A stretch of DNA of 64,000 nucleotides from Phycisphaeraceae bacterium. Lineage in GTDB: Bacteria > Planctomycetota > Phycisphaerae > Phycisphaerales > Phycisphaeraceae. The notes under the pieces were generated by a model. That model was not told where the DNA came from and searched no databases. It saw nothing but the letters and a program-made list of their open reading frames with translations. The stretch's first letter is position 1, and each line of letters starts with the position of its first letter. Location: NCBI GenBank assembly GCA_963674705.1, contig OY771506.1:3040001-3104000 (forward strand), in the 5' to 3' direction. Positions 39,301 to 49,504 of this stretch are shown here, in pieces. Position numbers and translations under genes: made by a program.

Positions 39301-39430
39301 GACCTCTTCGATAAGGTCCAGAAACTCCTTAAGCTCAACGGTAGAACCGGCGGTGCGGAGGACCGCAACAAGTACGGGGCTATCCTGCGCGGGCTGCTGC
39401 GGTGCAAGACCTGCGGGACCGCGATGAACC
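39291..39430 (+). pseudogene. Large serine recombinase fragment (recombinase end + Zn ribbon)
   Basis: [13 protein letters not shown]...[16 protein letters not shown]. Confidence 0.65.
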
Positions 39431-39588
39431 GCGCGTTCGGTTTGCTGGCCAAGCGGTGGAAGAACTTGACGTCTTCCGGTATGCAGCGGTTGAAGTTATT
39501 ACCCGAATACCGGCTAGCTTGCGCGCGAATTCATAGTGTGATCCGTATTTCACCCGCGCCAGTAAGCCCCACATCTGTGGGACGTTGA

Positions 39589-41211
39589 TTATTCATCCGC
39601 AAGCCGGACCAATTCCGCTTCTACGGAGTCAAACATGTAACCGATCATCAGCGCCCGGCGTGACGGCCGGATCATGCCGGAATAGACGCGCTCGTACTCC
39701 TCGCGCAATGCCCGCATCTGTTCAAGAATCCGCGACGCCTGATCACGGTGTGCCTGCGGGTCAAAGCCATCTGTCCGGCTCAGCAGAATGAGCTGCGACG
39801 CCTCGGCCCGGTTAGTCAGGTTACGCGCGGCGAGTTCCCACAATTCCAGTCGGTATTCACCTTTCGAGGTAACCCGCATGAGCGATCTGATCTGATCTAG
39901 GCTTCTGGCGTAAGCCCGCCGCCGTGCACGGGCGGTCTCGATATGTTCATCGAACCCACCTTCTGCAATGATAGAGGCCAGTGTCTTCTCGACGTGGTCC
40001 GCGGGCACGGGCAGGCAAGCCTTGCCGATCCCAAGCGATTGCGTGTGGGTGAAAAGGCAAGGTTCAGACAAGCCCTCCACCGCTTCCCAGAAGCGGTCAT
40101 CTTCTAAGCCGTAGGCGCACTTCACGTACCGGTCTCGGAACTCGGCCATAGTAGACTCGGGGTTCTGTGACAGGAAGCCAACCGCGGCGATGTGGGCGTG
40201 CTGTAACTCCCAAGGGTGAAGGTGGACCGACCAGCTTGTCAGCACCGTGCCGCACAAGGCGGGTGTCTTCAGCCCCTTCGCAGCCGAGTCCCATGTATTG
40301 TGCAACTGGCGTTTGTGTCTGGGCGAAAAGACATTGTCGCCGTCGCAACTTGATCCGGGGCAGGTGACAACCTTAAAGCCCTTGTCGGCCAGGAAGTCGG
40401 CTGTATAGAACGTTTCCGGGTCGACGCCGGGCGCGTCTCCGTTTGGGAACAAATATTTGCCAAACAGATCAAGGTCTTTTGGTGTAAACTCGTTCCTGTT
40501 TCGCAAGCCCCGCTTGTCACCCCAGATATATACCCTGCCGTTGCCGCGCCAGACGTCATACATCCAGTCAAACAGCATCACATCACGCGATAGCTCATCG
40601 ATCGCACCGTTGTGGTGCAGCGCCATGTCCGCCCAGATGATGGGTGTTGCGCCGCGTTCGATCAGTGGCTCAGATATCGTGTTGACATGCTGAATGAATA
40701 TCTGTGAGACACTCAGGTCGTGCTTGTTCCTTGCACTCTGTTGCACATGGTCAAGTCGGCGGGCCTCGTCGCAGCCGATGTGGAAATAACGTACTTCGCC
40801 GAAAAGATCGAGGTACTCCGCTATCCAGTCGTGCAACAGCAGTACGACGGCCGGGTGCAGCGGGTTGTATTGCGTCGTGTCGTCAGGATGGGCGCGGAGG
40901 CCGGCGTACTTTTCGTGCCGCAGGACGTACTCCGCATGGCCGAGCGTCTGCAGCAGCGGAATGTTGTCGAGGCCTAATCCTTTGGCATGCTCGAGCAGCT
41001 TGCGGAATTCATCCTTGGTCAGCGCATCGGGCTGGTGTGCCTCCGGTATAGTCTGCCACTCGATGCCGCCTTCCAGCTCCCAGACGACCGTGTTGTAGCC
41101 CATCTCGGACAATGTTGTCAGCCAGGCCTCAAGATAGTCTGCACGGTACTGCGCCATATTCATGTCGATATGGAAACCGATGATACGCCTTTCAATCGTC
41201 TTTAGAACCAT
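39589..41211 (-). CDS. Family 20 glycoside hydrolase (hexosaminidase-like)
   Basis: GFHID, IPLLQTLGHAEY, FHIGCDEA, IIWADM. Confidence 0.85.
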   Translation of the reverse strand: MVLKTIERRIIGFHIDMNMAQYRADYLEAWLTTLSEMGYNTVVWELEGGIEWQTIPEAHQPDALTKDEFRKLLEHAKGLGLDNIPLLQTLGHAEYVLRHEKYAGLRAHPDDTTQYNPLHPAVVLLLHDWIAEYLDLFGEVRYFHIGCDEARRLDHVQQSARNKHDLSVSQIFIQHVNTISEPLIERGATPIIWADMALHHNGAIDELSRDVMLFDWMYDVWRGNGRVYIWGDKRGLRNRNEFTPKDLDLFGKYLFPNGDAPGVDPETFYTADFLADKGFKVVTCPGSSCDGDNVFSPRHKRQLHNTWDSAAKGLKTPALCGTVLTSWSVHLHPWELQHAHIAAVGFLSQNPESTMAEFRDRYVKCAYGLEDDRFWEAVEGLSEPCLFTHTQSLGIGKACLPVPADHVEKTLASIIAEGGFDEHIETARARRRAYARSLDQIRSLMRVTSKGEYRLELWELAARNLTNRAEASQLILLSRTDGFDPQAHRDQASRILEQMRALREEYERVYSGMIRPSRRALMIGYMFDSVEAELVRLADE

Positions 41212-41667
41212 CAGTATCGACTCCGAATAAGCGTCGCTGGACCCGAAACCCGCCGGTCATAATGCCAAGGTGGCGCATCATAAACAGGCGTTTTCTGGCA
41301 TTAGCATAGCAAATCCCCCAATCACTCGACATACATGAGTCCCTGGTGTTGTTTAGCGTAAATCGTGGTCAGCCGCTGCAAATCGTTGCCGATGATAGCC
41401 CCGCAGCTTCAATGGGATTATCACGCGTCAAAGCGAAGTTATCGTGGCGGGTCTGAACGGGTAGAAGATGCTGATGACTTACGCGTATCGCCAGTCCGGT
41501 TCATCGAACCTGCTATCGACGGTGATGTTAGCGGTCGCATGCCGGCAGGCATAGGCGGGCTCCGCAGATGGTTGCCGTGTCACCGGCGCGTGGCGACAGG
41601 CAGTCAACGCGAGGGTACACGTTGCGACGGTGGACAGGATGAGGACTTTACCCAACATGAAACGGTC

Positions 41668-43857
41668 CTATGTCGTCGGTGGTATGGGCGTTTGGGTGGA
41701 CTGGCCAGCGCCGTTGGTAGGGGGCTCGGACAGCGGTGTATCGTCGTCGACCGGTCGGGTGACAATGCCGGTGTCGTTGAAATCGCGTTTGAGTGAACCG
41801 AGCGTCATGAAGAGCCTGCGTGTATCGATGATCCCGCCGATCAGGAACCAGATGATCGTGCCTATGCCCAGGACCAGCATCAGGCCCAATCGCCATTCCC
41901 AGTACATCACCCAGTCGTCCTCGGACATATGGCCCCAAAGGCCGTTACGGGCGCCGATGAACTGCACCGTGCCGACGATGAACACGATGAACCAGATGAT
42001 GGTCCAGGCGAGCTTGCCATAGTAGATGAACTTATCTCCGAGGCTGAACTCTCCGGAGGGCAGGATGGCGCGTAGGCCGGAGACAGGCTTGACCACTTCG
42101 CCGTCGTGATCGACCCTGATGGCGTAGCGACCGCGGTGCAACATGCGCTCCATGTTGAACGCCGGCCGCCTGGCAACCAGCCATGCCAGCAGCGAACAGG
42201 TCACGTACCCCACGATCGACAGGCACATGGCGAAGAAGTTGACCCACTGGCCATCCAGCGGGAACTCATCAGGGCCGACCTTCCAGTTGATCCCCCAGAC
42301 GCGCGTCGAGACGCCTTCAAGCCCTGTCCTAACCAGGTCCAGCAGCCAAGGGGCGTCCGTAACCATCCAGGGATACAGTGAGTCCTTCCATAATAGACGC
42401 AAAATCATCCCGCTGACTGCGACGACCCACCCGGTGGTCAGGGCGACCCACGCCCCGCTGGTCGAACCACGCTTCCAGTAGAGCCCGCCAATGATCAGCG
42501 AGCCCGCACCGCCGATGTAGATCGCGCCGGTGATGGCGAAGAACATGAAGATCAGGTCATTCTGCTCATACAGCAGGCTGAAGAAGAAGATGAAGACGGC
42601 TACAAAGAAGATCGAGAACCGCAACATCCGCATGTGTTGTTTGGGCGTGAAGGGCTTCTTGCGGAACGGCAGGATCACGTCCTGAATGAACATGGAGCCC
42701 CAAGAGTGCAGGTAGGTATCGTGCGTGGCGGTGTTGGCCGCCAACATGGTCGCGCACAGAAGCCCGATCATCCCGACCGGCAGTGCCTTGGACAGTACGA
42801 CAGGGACGGTCATCTGCTCGCGGATCTGCGGGTTCTCGATCCCGTCAAGCACACCCATCGCGTTGGCAACGACCTGCTCGTACCCGCTGTGGTGCATGAT
42901 GACGAAAGCCCCGATCGGCAGGAACATGGCCACGACGGTGAACACCAGCCCCCGCCACTCACCGAGGATCCCGGCCATCTTCGCCTCATGCGCCGTCCTG
43001 GCCGAGGCGTTGTAGCCCTGCGATCCCTGCCACGCCTTCCAACCGTAGACATAAGTGAAGGCGCCGATCAGGAAGAAGAAGATGTTGAATCCCTCGACCT
43101 TGGAGGTCTGGAACGGCTGAATCATCGAGGCGTCCTTGGGCGCTTCTCTGAGCGTGTCTATGATCGTCGACCAGTCGAACATCCAGAAGATCGCGCCCAG
43201 AATGACGATGAACACGATATTGGTGAAGACGCCCTGTATGAAGTCCGTGACCATAATGGCGATCTGACCACCGATGAACACGAAGAACAGCGCGATCCCC
43301 AGCATCACGACCATGACGCCCGCGTAGACCAGATCGATGTCGCGCCCCAGGATGTTCACGGGGTAGTGCGGGAACCCGCAGAAGTAGATCATGAACCGCG
43401 CGCCTACAGCGGGGAAGATCCCGAAGTTGATGATGCCCGCGAGCCAGCCGAGGATGCCGGCGTAGACCCGGATGCCCTTGCTGTAGCGCACCTCGAAAAA
43501 CTGCGCCATCGTCATCACCCGCGTTTCACGATATCGATAGATCACCCACCCCGACAGCGCAATGATCAATGCCAACGGCGTCATGATGAGGTGCCACCAG
43601 TCGGCAGTGAGGCCCGCCTTGTAGTACATCTCGAAGAAAGCGACGATACTGATCGACCCCAGCCCGGCGGTCCCTTGGGAGATGCACAACAGGTAACGCC
43701 CGGCGCAGCGATTGGCCGCCAGGAAGTCCGCGATGCTCTGGATGCACTTCTTCGTCGAAATCGCCGCCGCGACGATCCCCACCAGCAGGCCCAGGACGAT
43801 GCACCAGTCGATCCAGTGCATGTTTGAAGCGAATACGGCCAAGCTCGGGGTCGGCAT
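41668..43857 (-). CDS. Sodium:solute symporter family transporter
   Basis: DFLAANRCAGRY, RYRETRVMTMAQFFEVRY, GGQIAIMVTDFIQG, GLYWKRG; many TM helices. Confidence 0.9.
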   Translation of the reverse strand: MPTPSLAVFASNMHWIDWCIVLGLLVGIVAAAISTKKCIQSIADFLAANRCAGRYLLCISQGTAGLGSISIVAFFEMYYKAGLTADWWHLIMTPLALIIALSGWVIYRYRETRVMTMAQFFEVRYSKGIRVYAGILGWLAGIINFGIFPAVGARFMIYFCGFPHYPVNILGRDIDLVYAGVMVVMLGIALFFVFIGGQIAIMVTDFIQGVFTNIVFIVILGAIFWMFDWSTIIDTLREAPKDASMIQPFQTSKVEGFNIFFFLIGAFTYVYGWKAWQGSQGYNASARTAHEAKMAGILGEWRGLVFTVVAMFLPIGAFVIMHHSGYEQVVANAMGVLDGIENPQIREQMTVPVVLSKALPVGMIGLLCATMLAANTATHDTYLHSWGSMFIQDVILPFRKKPFTPKQHMRMLRFSIFFVAVFIFFFSLLYEQNDLIFMFFAITGAIYIGGAGSLIIGGLYWKRGSTSGAWVALTTGWVVAVSGMILRLLWKDSLYPWMVTDAPWLLDLVRTGLEGVSTRVWGINWKVGPDEFPLDGQWVNFFAMCLSIVGYVTCSLLAWLVARRPAFNMERMLHRGRYAIRVDHDGEVVKPVSGLRAILPSGEFSLGDKFIYYGKLAWTIIWFIVFIVGTVQFIGARNGLWGHMSEDDWVMYWEWRLGLMLVLGIGTIIWFLIGGIIDTRRLFMTLGSLKRDFNDTGIVTRPVDDDTPLSEPPTNGAGQSTQTPIPPTT

Positions 43858-43918
43858 GCTGGTTGGATTCCTTCCTGGCGGCTATGCAGATAAGGATGAC
43901 CGGATGCGACCGATACGT

Positions 43919-45931
43919 TCAATCGGCGGCGTCGGAGTGCGTGTGACTCACGGTTCTGTCGGGGCTGGCCATGATCTGATGCTGCATGGCCCGATCCGGA
44001 TCTCGTCCATCCTGTGCAAAGAGTTTGGCCAGCCATAGGTGCGCCAGTTTGTAGCCCGGCGCCATCGACACGCAGGTCTCCAGTGCCTGGATCGCCTGCT
44101 CGGTCTTGCCGGTTTCCGCTAGTGCGACACCGAGGTTGTAATGAGCTCTAGGGAACTGGTGCGTCAGCCCGACCGCACGCAATGCGTAGTCCACCGCCTC
44201 ATCGTAGTGTTTTTTCACGATCGAAACACGGGCCAGCCCGTTGTATGCGACCGAGCTTTCGTCATCATTTCCCAGCAGCTTTTTATACGCACGCTCCGCA
44301 TCGTCCCACTTCGCAAGCTGGCCGTAGGCCTGTCCCAAGGCCCCGAGCAACGCCTCCATATCGGGCGCAATCGTCTCCGCCCGTTTGAGGTATTCAATCG
44401 CCTCCTCGGGCTTTTCCTGACGAAGCTTCACCTGCCCAAGCGTGGCTAGCAGGACGGCGTTAGTGGGGAATGTTTCAAGCAGCTCAAGGAGCAGCGGCTC
44501 ACACAGGTCCGTCTGGCCTGTCAGCAGGTAGCAGCGCGCCAGTTGGAATTTGTATGCGACGGCGTCCTCCTCGTCCTGGACCAGCAGCTCCTGCCAAATG
44601 GGAATCGCCTGGTCTGCTCGCTGGCTATCCGTCAGAGCCTTGGCAAGGTTAATCTTCTGGTCGAACATGGCGTGTTGAACGCTTTTCTGGACATCGTCGC
44701 TCGGTGCATCGATATAACCGAGTTCCACCAAGTGACGGATCGCTTCGGCTGAGGCGACCGGGTCTTCCCTACAGTCCTCCCCGTGCATCCCGTCATCGCC
44801 TTCGACCTGGTCCCAACTGATGATGTGCTCGGCCCGTATCTCCTTGTCGAAGATCTCCAGCCATGGTCGTCCGTCCATATCCGCACCGATAGGCAGGCCG
44901 AACAGCGACAGAATGGTCGGCGTGACGTCCAGCACCGTAGCGCCGTAGACGTGGGTGTCTTGCTTGATCCCGGGCCCCTTGGCGCAGACCACACCGAACG
45001 GCCGGTGCCAGCTCTCGGGGTCTTTGAACCCGTCGGAGTCACTTCGGCCCTTGCCGCTGTGGAAACCGTGGTCGGAAACCAAGATGACGGTGGTATCGTC
45101 CCCAGCGTAGCTTAACATCGCCTCGAGCATCATGTCGTGGTATCGGTAACAGCCGTTCATCACATCCTTGTACAGATCGGCGTCACGCTCGCTGACGCCT
45201 TCTATAGCGGGTGGATGGAAAGGCATGAAGTAGTGCCCCATCAGGTCGATCGCGTCGTAATAGACAGCCATGAAGTCCCACGGCTCGTTGTTCATCAGCC
45301 AGCACGCGGCGGCGTGAACCGTGCTGGCGCGTGCCAGCAACCCGGCGAATGTACCGAGTCGATCGTCCTTCGCCGTATCAATCTCCGCGGCGCGGGGGAT
45401 GAAAGGCAGGATGGCCATGGCGTCGAGCTGACGAGGGTCGACCCGCAGTTTCAGCAGGTCACCCGCCAGGCGTTCCGGGTGGAACATGCCGTCGCTCGAT
45501 GAGGGTGCTTGCTGATCCGGGCCCAGACGCGTCACGTAGCGTTCGGTCACGACCGCGCCGTTGATCGGCTCGGCGGGGTGGCTGGCGTACCATGTGACGA
45601 CGTTGGACTTCATCCCGCTCTGAGAAAGGATGTTCCACAGGGCCTTGGTCTTGCGGCTGGTGCTGCTGACCGGGCGGATGCCGCTGCCGTCAGGCAACGG
45701 TTCGGTGAAGCCGTAGATCCCGTGTTTGTCCGCACGTTTGCCCGTGGCGATCGAGTTCCAGAGCATCGGCGACAGGATCGGGCGGATCGTGGCGAGTTTG
45801 CCACTGACCCCATCCTTGATCATCTGTTCGAGTGTCGGCATCAGGCCCTGTTCGATCAACGGCCTGATCATGACCCAGTCGGCGGCGTCCCAGCCGATCA
45901 GAAGGACCTTCTTGGCTAACCGTTGTGTCAT
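43919..45931 (-). CDS. Alkaline phosphatase/nucleotide pyrophosphatase superfamily enzyme with C-terminal TPRs
   Basis: LIGWDAADW, PILSPMLWNSIATG, AVYYDAID..GH, VSDHGF, DVTPTIL, TPR repeats; no signal peptide. Confidence 0.85.
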   Translation of the reverse strand: MTQRLAKKVLLIGWDAADWVMIRPLIEQGLMPTLEQMIKDGVSGKLATIRPILSPMLWNSIATGKRADKHGIYGFTEPLPDGSGIRPVSSTSRKTKALWNILSQSGMKSNVVTWYASHPAEPINGAVVTERYVTRLGPDQQAPSSSDGMFHPERLAGDLLKLRVDPRQLDAMAILPFIPRAAEIDTAKDDRLGTFAGLLARASTVHAAACWLMNNEPWDFMAVYYDAIDLMGHYFMPFHPPAIEGVSERDADLYKDVMNGCYRYHDMMLEAMLSYAGDDTTVILVSDHGFHSGKGRSDSDGFKDPESWHRPFGVVCAKGPGIKQDTHVYGATVLDVTPTILSLFGLPIGADMDGRPWLEIFDKEIRAEHIISWDQVEGDDGMHGEDCREDPVASAEAIRHLVELGYIDAPSDDVQKSVQHAMFDQKINLAKALTDSQRADQAIPIWQELLVQDEEDAVAYKFQLARCYLLTGQTDLCEPLLLELLETFPTNAVLLATLGQVKLRQEKPEEAIEYLKRAETIAPDMEALLGALGQAYGQLAKWDDAERAYKKLLGNDDESSVAYNGLARVSIVKKHYDEAVDYALRAVGLTHQFPRAHYNLGVALAETGKTEQAIQALETCVSMAPGYKLAHLWLAKLFAQDGRDPDRAMQHQIMASPDRTVSHTHSDAAD

Positions 45932-46038
45932 CTTGATCCCGATTTGGATTCTTCGGTATTAGTAAGTAAAGGGCCAGGCCCACGGTTACGCAAGCCCAGC
46001 CCGAGTGTTGAAACCGTCACAACAGCATCCGTGCCGGG

Positions 46039-46707
46039 TTACGCCGAGCGGCGGCGCAGGCCGATGGCGCCGAGGCCGGCAGCGAGCAGGCCCAGCGACG
46101 CCGGTTCGGGAACCGCGCCGGCAACGATGTCGGTGTCCACAGCGCTCTCGTAGGCGTAGTCGTAGGCGATAAGGTGCGAATTGTACTGGCTCGTGCCGGT
46201 GATTTTCAGCCGGATCCAGGCCCAGTGCAAACCCCCACCCGCGTCTTCCAGTTGAATAGCCGCGTACTGCGGGTCGGTCAGGTTGCGGAAGTTGGTATAG
46301 GAGACATGTAGTCTGTCGAGGGCATTGGATAACGGCGACACGTTCGGGTTGGATGATCCGATGATGTCACCCGCACCGAACGACCGGACATAAGCGTTGT
46401 TGCCCTTGGAGATGTTGGTCATGGTAGTCGTGCCGTTTATCCCAAAGCACCTCATTCGCGCGAACCACCCAGGGCTCGAACCCGGCGCGTACGCGTCGGT
46501 GTGTTGGATCAGCAGGTCATCGGTACCGTCACCATTCATGTCCAAGTAAAACCCAGGATCACCTGTGACCTGGTCGACATCGGGGACAATGTCACCATAG
46601 ATGATCGCCGCCTGCGCGCCTTGAGCGGCGCCGAAAGCACCCAATCCTGCCGCGGCCGAGTAGGCCATCAGTCGCTTAACACTATCCTGCTTCTCTCTGG
46701 TCTCCAT
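46039..46707 (-). CDS. PEP-CTERM protein (paralogue of 46919-47812)
   Basis: RLMAYSAAAGLGAFGAAQGAQA leader, HWAWIRL...YDYAYE, VPEPASLGLLAAG..RRR. Confidence 0.85.
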   Translation of the reverse strand: METREKQDSVKRLMAYSAAAGLGAFGAAQGAQAAIIYGDIVPDVDQVTGDPGFYLDMNGDGTDDLLIQHTDAYAPGSSPGWFARMRCFGINGTTTMTNISKGNNAYVRSFGAGDIIGSSNPNVSPLSNALDRLHVSYTNFRNLTDPQYAAIQLEDAGGGLHWAWIRLKITGTSQYNSHLIAYDYAYESAVDTDIVAGAVPEPASLGLLAAGLGAIGLRRRSA

Positions 46708-46918
46708 CTGCTTTCTCCCATCAATAAGGTGTGAAAATAGTATTCGAACAAACACAATGGACAACATACATCGAAGTTAAACTGTTAGGTTCAAGACGTG
46801 CGTCCTCCTCTCTAACAACCCCCGTTTCTTGTGTGAATCACATGCTGTGTAGCGGGGTATTAGGCCGGCCGTAACCGCCCCCGGAGGTCGGGGCGGTTGC
46901 AGGCCGGATCGAGTTTGA

Positions 46919-47812
46919 TCACATACGCCGGCGACGCTTACATGCCATGGCGCCGAGACCCACGGCGAGCAGGCCCAGCGTGGCCGGTTCGGGAACGGCG
47001 GCGACGGGCGGCGTGCCGTTGTTCCAGTTGTTCAGCACAATGTCCAGGTCGGATAGACCCACAAATCCATCACCCGTGGGATCGCCTTCGCTCCATTCGC
47101 CCGGAGTTACGTTCTGGTTCCAGTTGGTCAGAACGATATCCAGGTCGTCCAAGCCGACGAAGCCGTCGCCGTTGAGGTCGCCGTCTATCGAGGTGACACC
47201 CATGTCACCGGCAAGAATCCCGGTCACGTTGTACAGGTCGGTCTCGTAGGCGTAGTCGTAGGTCGTCAAGAGAGAATTAGTTGAGCTGGTGCCGGTCACT
47301 TTCATTCGGATCCAAGCCCAGTGCAGGCCCCCGCCCGAATCCGCCAAACGGATCGCCGCGTATTGCGGATCGGTCAGGTTACGGAAGTTGGTATAGGCGA
47401 CATGCACCCGGCTGAAAGGGCTGATGCACAACTGCACGTCTGGATTGGAGTTGCTGATGTCATCACCCGCACCGAACGAACGGACATAATAGAGGTTGCC
47501 CTTGGAGGCGTTGGTCGCCACGCGCGTGTTGCCTAACGGGTAGCACCTGAACCGCTGGTACCAACCGGAGCTCGCGGCCGGCGCGTAGTTGTCGACATGT
47601 ACGATCCTCAAGTCATCGATACCGTCACTATTCATATCCAGTAAAAACTCGGGATCATTTTCGGCCTGGATGATATCGGGGTTGATGTCGCCATAAATGA
47701 CTGACGCCTGAGCGCCTTGTGCGGCGCCGAAAGCACCCAGCCCGGCCGCGGCCGAGTAAGCGAGAAGTCTTTCCAGCGTATCCTGAGTCGATTCATTCTT
47801 GTAATTTGACAT
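46919..47812 (-). CDS. PEP-CTERM protein with dockerin-like double EF-hand
   Basis: Same leader and core as 46039-46707, plus GDLNGDGFVGLDDLD...GDPTGDGFVGLSDLD and a VPEP tail. Confidence 0.85.
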   Translation of the reverse strand: MSNYKNESTQDTLERLLAYSAAAGLGAFGAAQGAQASVIYGDINPDIIQAENDPEFLLDMNSDGIDDLRIVHVDNYAPAASSGWYQRFRCYPLGNTRVATNASKGNLYYVRSFGAGDDISNSNPDVQLCISPFSRVHVAYTNFRNLTDPQYAAIRLADSGGGLHWAWIRMKVTGTSSTNSLLTTYDYAYETDLYNVTGILAGDMGVTSIDGDLNGDGFVGLDDLDIVLTNWNQNVTPGEWSEGDPTGDGFVGLSDLDIVLNNWNNGTPPVAAVPEPATLGLLAVGLGAMACKRRRRM

Positions 47813-47890
47813 ACTTTTCTCCTCAATGCAAAAAGGTAAGACGTGCGGTATTCACATAAAAAAACCAAAGATTCACAATGAATTGGTTTA

Positions 47891-49498
47891 TCAGATTGTG
47901 TAACTCGAGCCTGTTAGTTGATCAAGGCAATTAACACCGCAAACAAATGACGGCGCGTTGGGTTGTTTGGGTTGACTGGCCGGCGGATAATCTTGGGCGA
48001 GTAATTCAGACCTGACCTGGAAGTCATGGTAGTCGCGCATCTTGCGAGGTGACCAGAGGACTTCACTCAGAGCCAGTAACCTCGGCATAACCTGACGGAT
48101 CAGTTGCTCATATGTCTTGATGCATTCTGTCCAAACCGGTGCTTCCCCGCCCAGCACCAGGTCCGCCGCCACCGTCTCCAGGCCCTCGGGGACCGGCTCA
48201 AAGCCATACACTTTTTCGACCGGCAGCAGCGGCATCCAGTCGGGCTTACCAAGTCGGCTCTCTTCGCAACAGGGGTAGTCCATGTAAACATACTCATGGA
48301 ATGAGTTGATCGTCTGCCGTCCCAAACTCGCAGCCATTTCGCTCTGGCCCTCTAGCCATCCCTGAATGATCTGGCCGTCCGGCATCCCCGCCTTCTTGAG
48401 GTTGTCACCCCAGCCGATCGTTCGGACCTTTAGTTGTTCATGGACATAGTTAGTGATCTGCGAAGCAAACCAGAACTCCAGTTCGTCTTCACTCTTAAGT
48501 CCCAACTCATGCATACGTTTTTTACATGACGGGCACTGACTCCAGAAACCAGTCGGCCGTTCGTCTCCTCCGAGGTGGATGTACTGCGGTTCAAACACCT
48601 CCGCGACTTCGGCCAGGACATCCTTAAGAAAAGTGAATACCTCGTCACGTCCGGCACAGTACAAACGACGACCGCCGTCACGTGTATAGGCATTCAACCC
48701 GCCGGCCGCATCAACGGTTATGGATTTGCCGGAGCAAGACAGGCTCGGGATTGCATATAATGCCGAGTTGCAGTGGCCGGGCATATCGATCTCGGGGATC
48801 ACGATGATGTGACGATCATTCGCGTAAGCGACAATGTCACGGACCTGTTGTTGCGAATAGAAACCACCGTAGCGACTGTCGCCCTCACCACGCCAGGCGC
48901 CCACGGACGTCAGTCTTGGATACTTCCGGATCTCCATCCGCCAGGCTTGATCGTCAACGATGTGCCAGTGGAAGCGGTTGAATTTCAATGCAGCGATTCG
49001 GTCGATGATGCGTTTGATTTCCGAAACACTTTGCATATGCCTGGCGGAATCAAGCATAAAGCCGCGCCATGAGAACCTGGGCCGGTCATTGATGTGAACG
49101 CATGGCAGGTACCGAGATCCGCCATGATTGGCGTCACCCGTAGCGAGTTGGAACAAGGTCTGTACGCCGTAGAACGCACCGGCTGGACGCCGTGCCGTGA
49201 TGCTGACACAGTCCTCATTCACAGTCAGTTGATAGCCCTCGTCGCCAATATCACTCAGGCCGGGGTCCTGTATAAGCCGTATCGATCCGTCACTTTTCGA
49301 TCCCAGCGGGTTACCTGATCTGATGCACACATCGGCACCCGACTCGGAGTCGATCCAGTCGGCGAGATATCGTCCGAGCCAACGATACCGTTCGACATCA
49401 TCGACGATCTCCAGGTGTATCACCCTCACGGACGCCAGGGCGAACTGGCCTGGACAGCGCTTGACTTCCACGGGTTTGGGGATCACAGCAAGCCGCAT
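47891..49498 (-). CDS. Beta-N-acetylhexosaminidase (GH20)
   Basis: EGYQL, DRPRFSWRGFMLDSARH, HWHIVDDQAWR, PEIDMPGH, HLGGDE, GGEAPVWTE, PRLLALSE. Confidence 0.93.
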   Translation of the reverse strand: MRLAVIPKPVEVKRCPGQFALASVRVIHLEIVDDVERYRWLGRYLADWIDSESGADVCIRSGNPLGSKSDGSIRLIQDPGLSDIGDEGYQLTVNEDCVSITARRPAGAFYGVQTLFQLATGDANHGGSRYLPCVHINDRPRFSWRGFMLDSARHMQSVSEIKRIIDRIAALKFNRFHWHIVDDQAWRMEIRKYPRLTSVGAWRGEGDSRYGGFYSQQQVRDIVAYANDRHIIVIPEIDMPGHCNSALYAIPSLSCSGKSITVDAAGGLNAYTRDGGRRLYCAGRDEVFTFLKDVLAEVAEVFEPQYIHLGGDERPTGFWSQCPSCKKRMHELGLKSEDELEFWFASQITNYVHEQLKVRTIGWGDNLKKAGMPDGQIIQGWLEGQSEMAASLGRQTINSFHEYVYMDYPCCEESRLGKPDWMPLLPVEKVYGFEPVPEGLETVAADLVLGGEAPVWTECIKTYEQLIRQVMPRLLALSEVLWSPRKMRDYHDFQVRSELLAQDYPPASQPKQPNAPSFVCGVNCLDQLTGSSYTI

Positions 49499-49504
49499 GA
49501 AACA

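Noticed and set aside
42634..43827. 397-aa plus-strand ORF
   Set aside because: Antisense shadow of the hydrophobic SSS transporter
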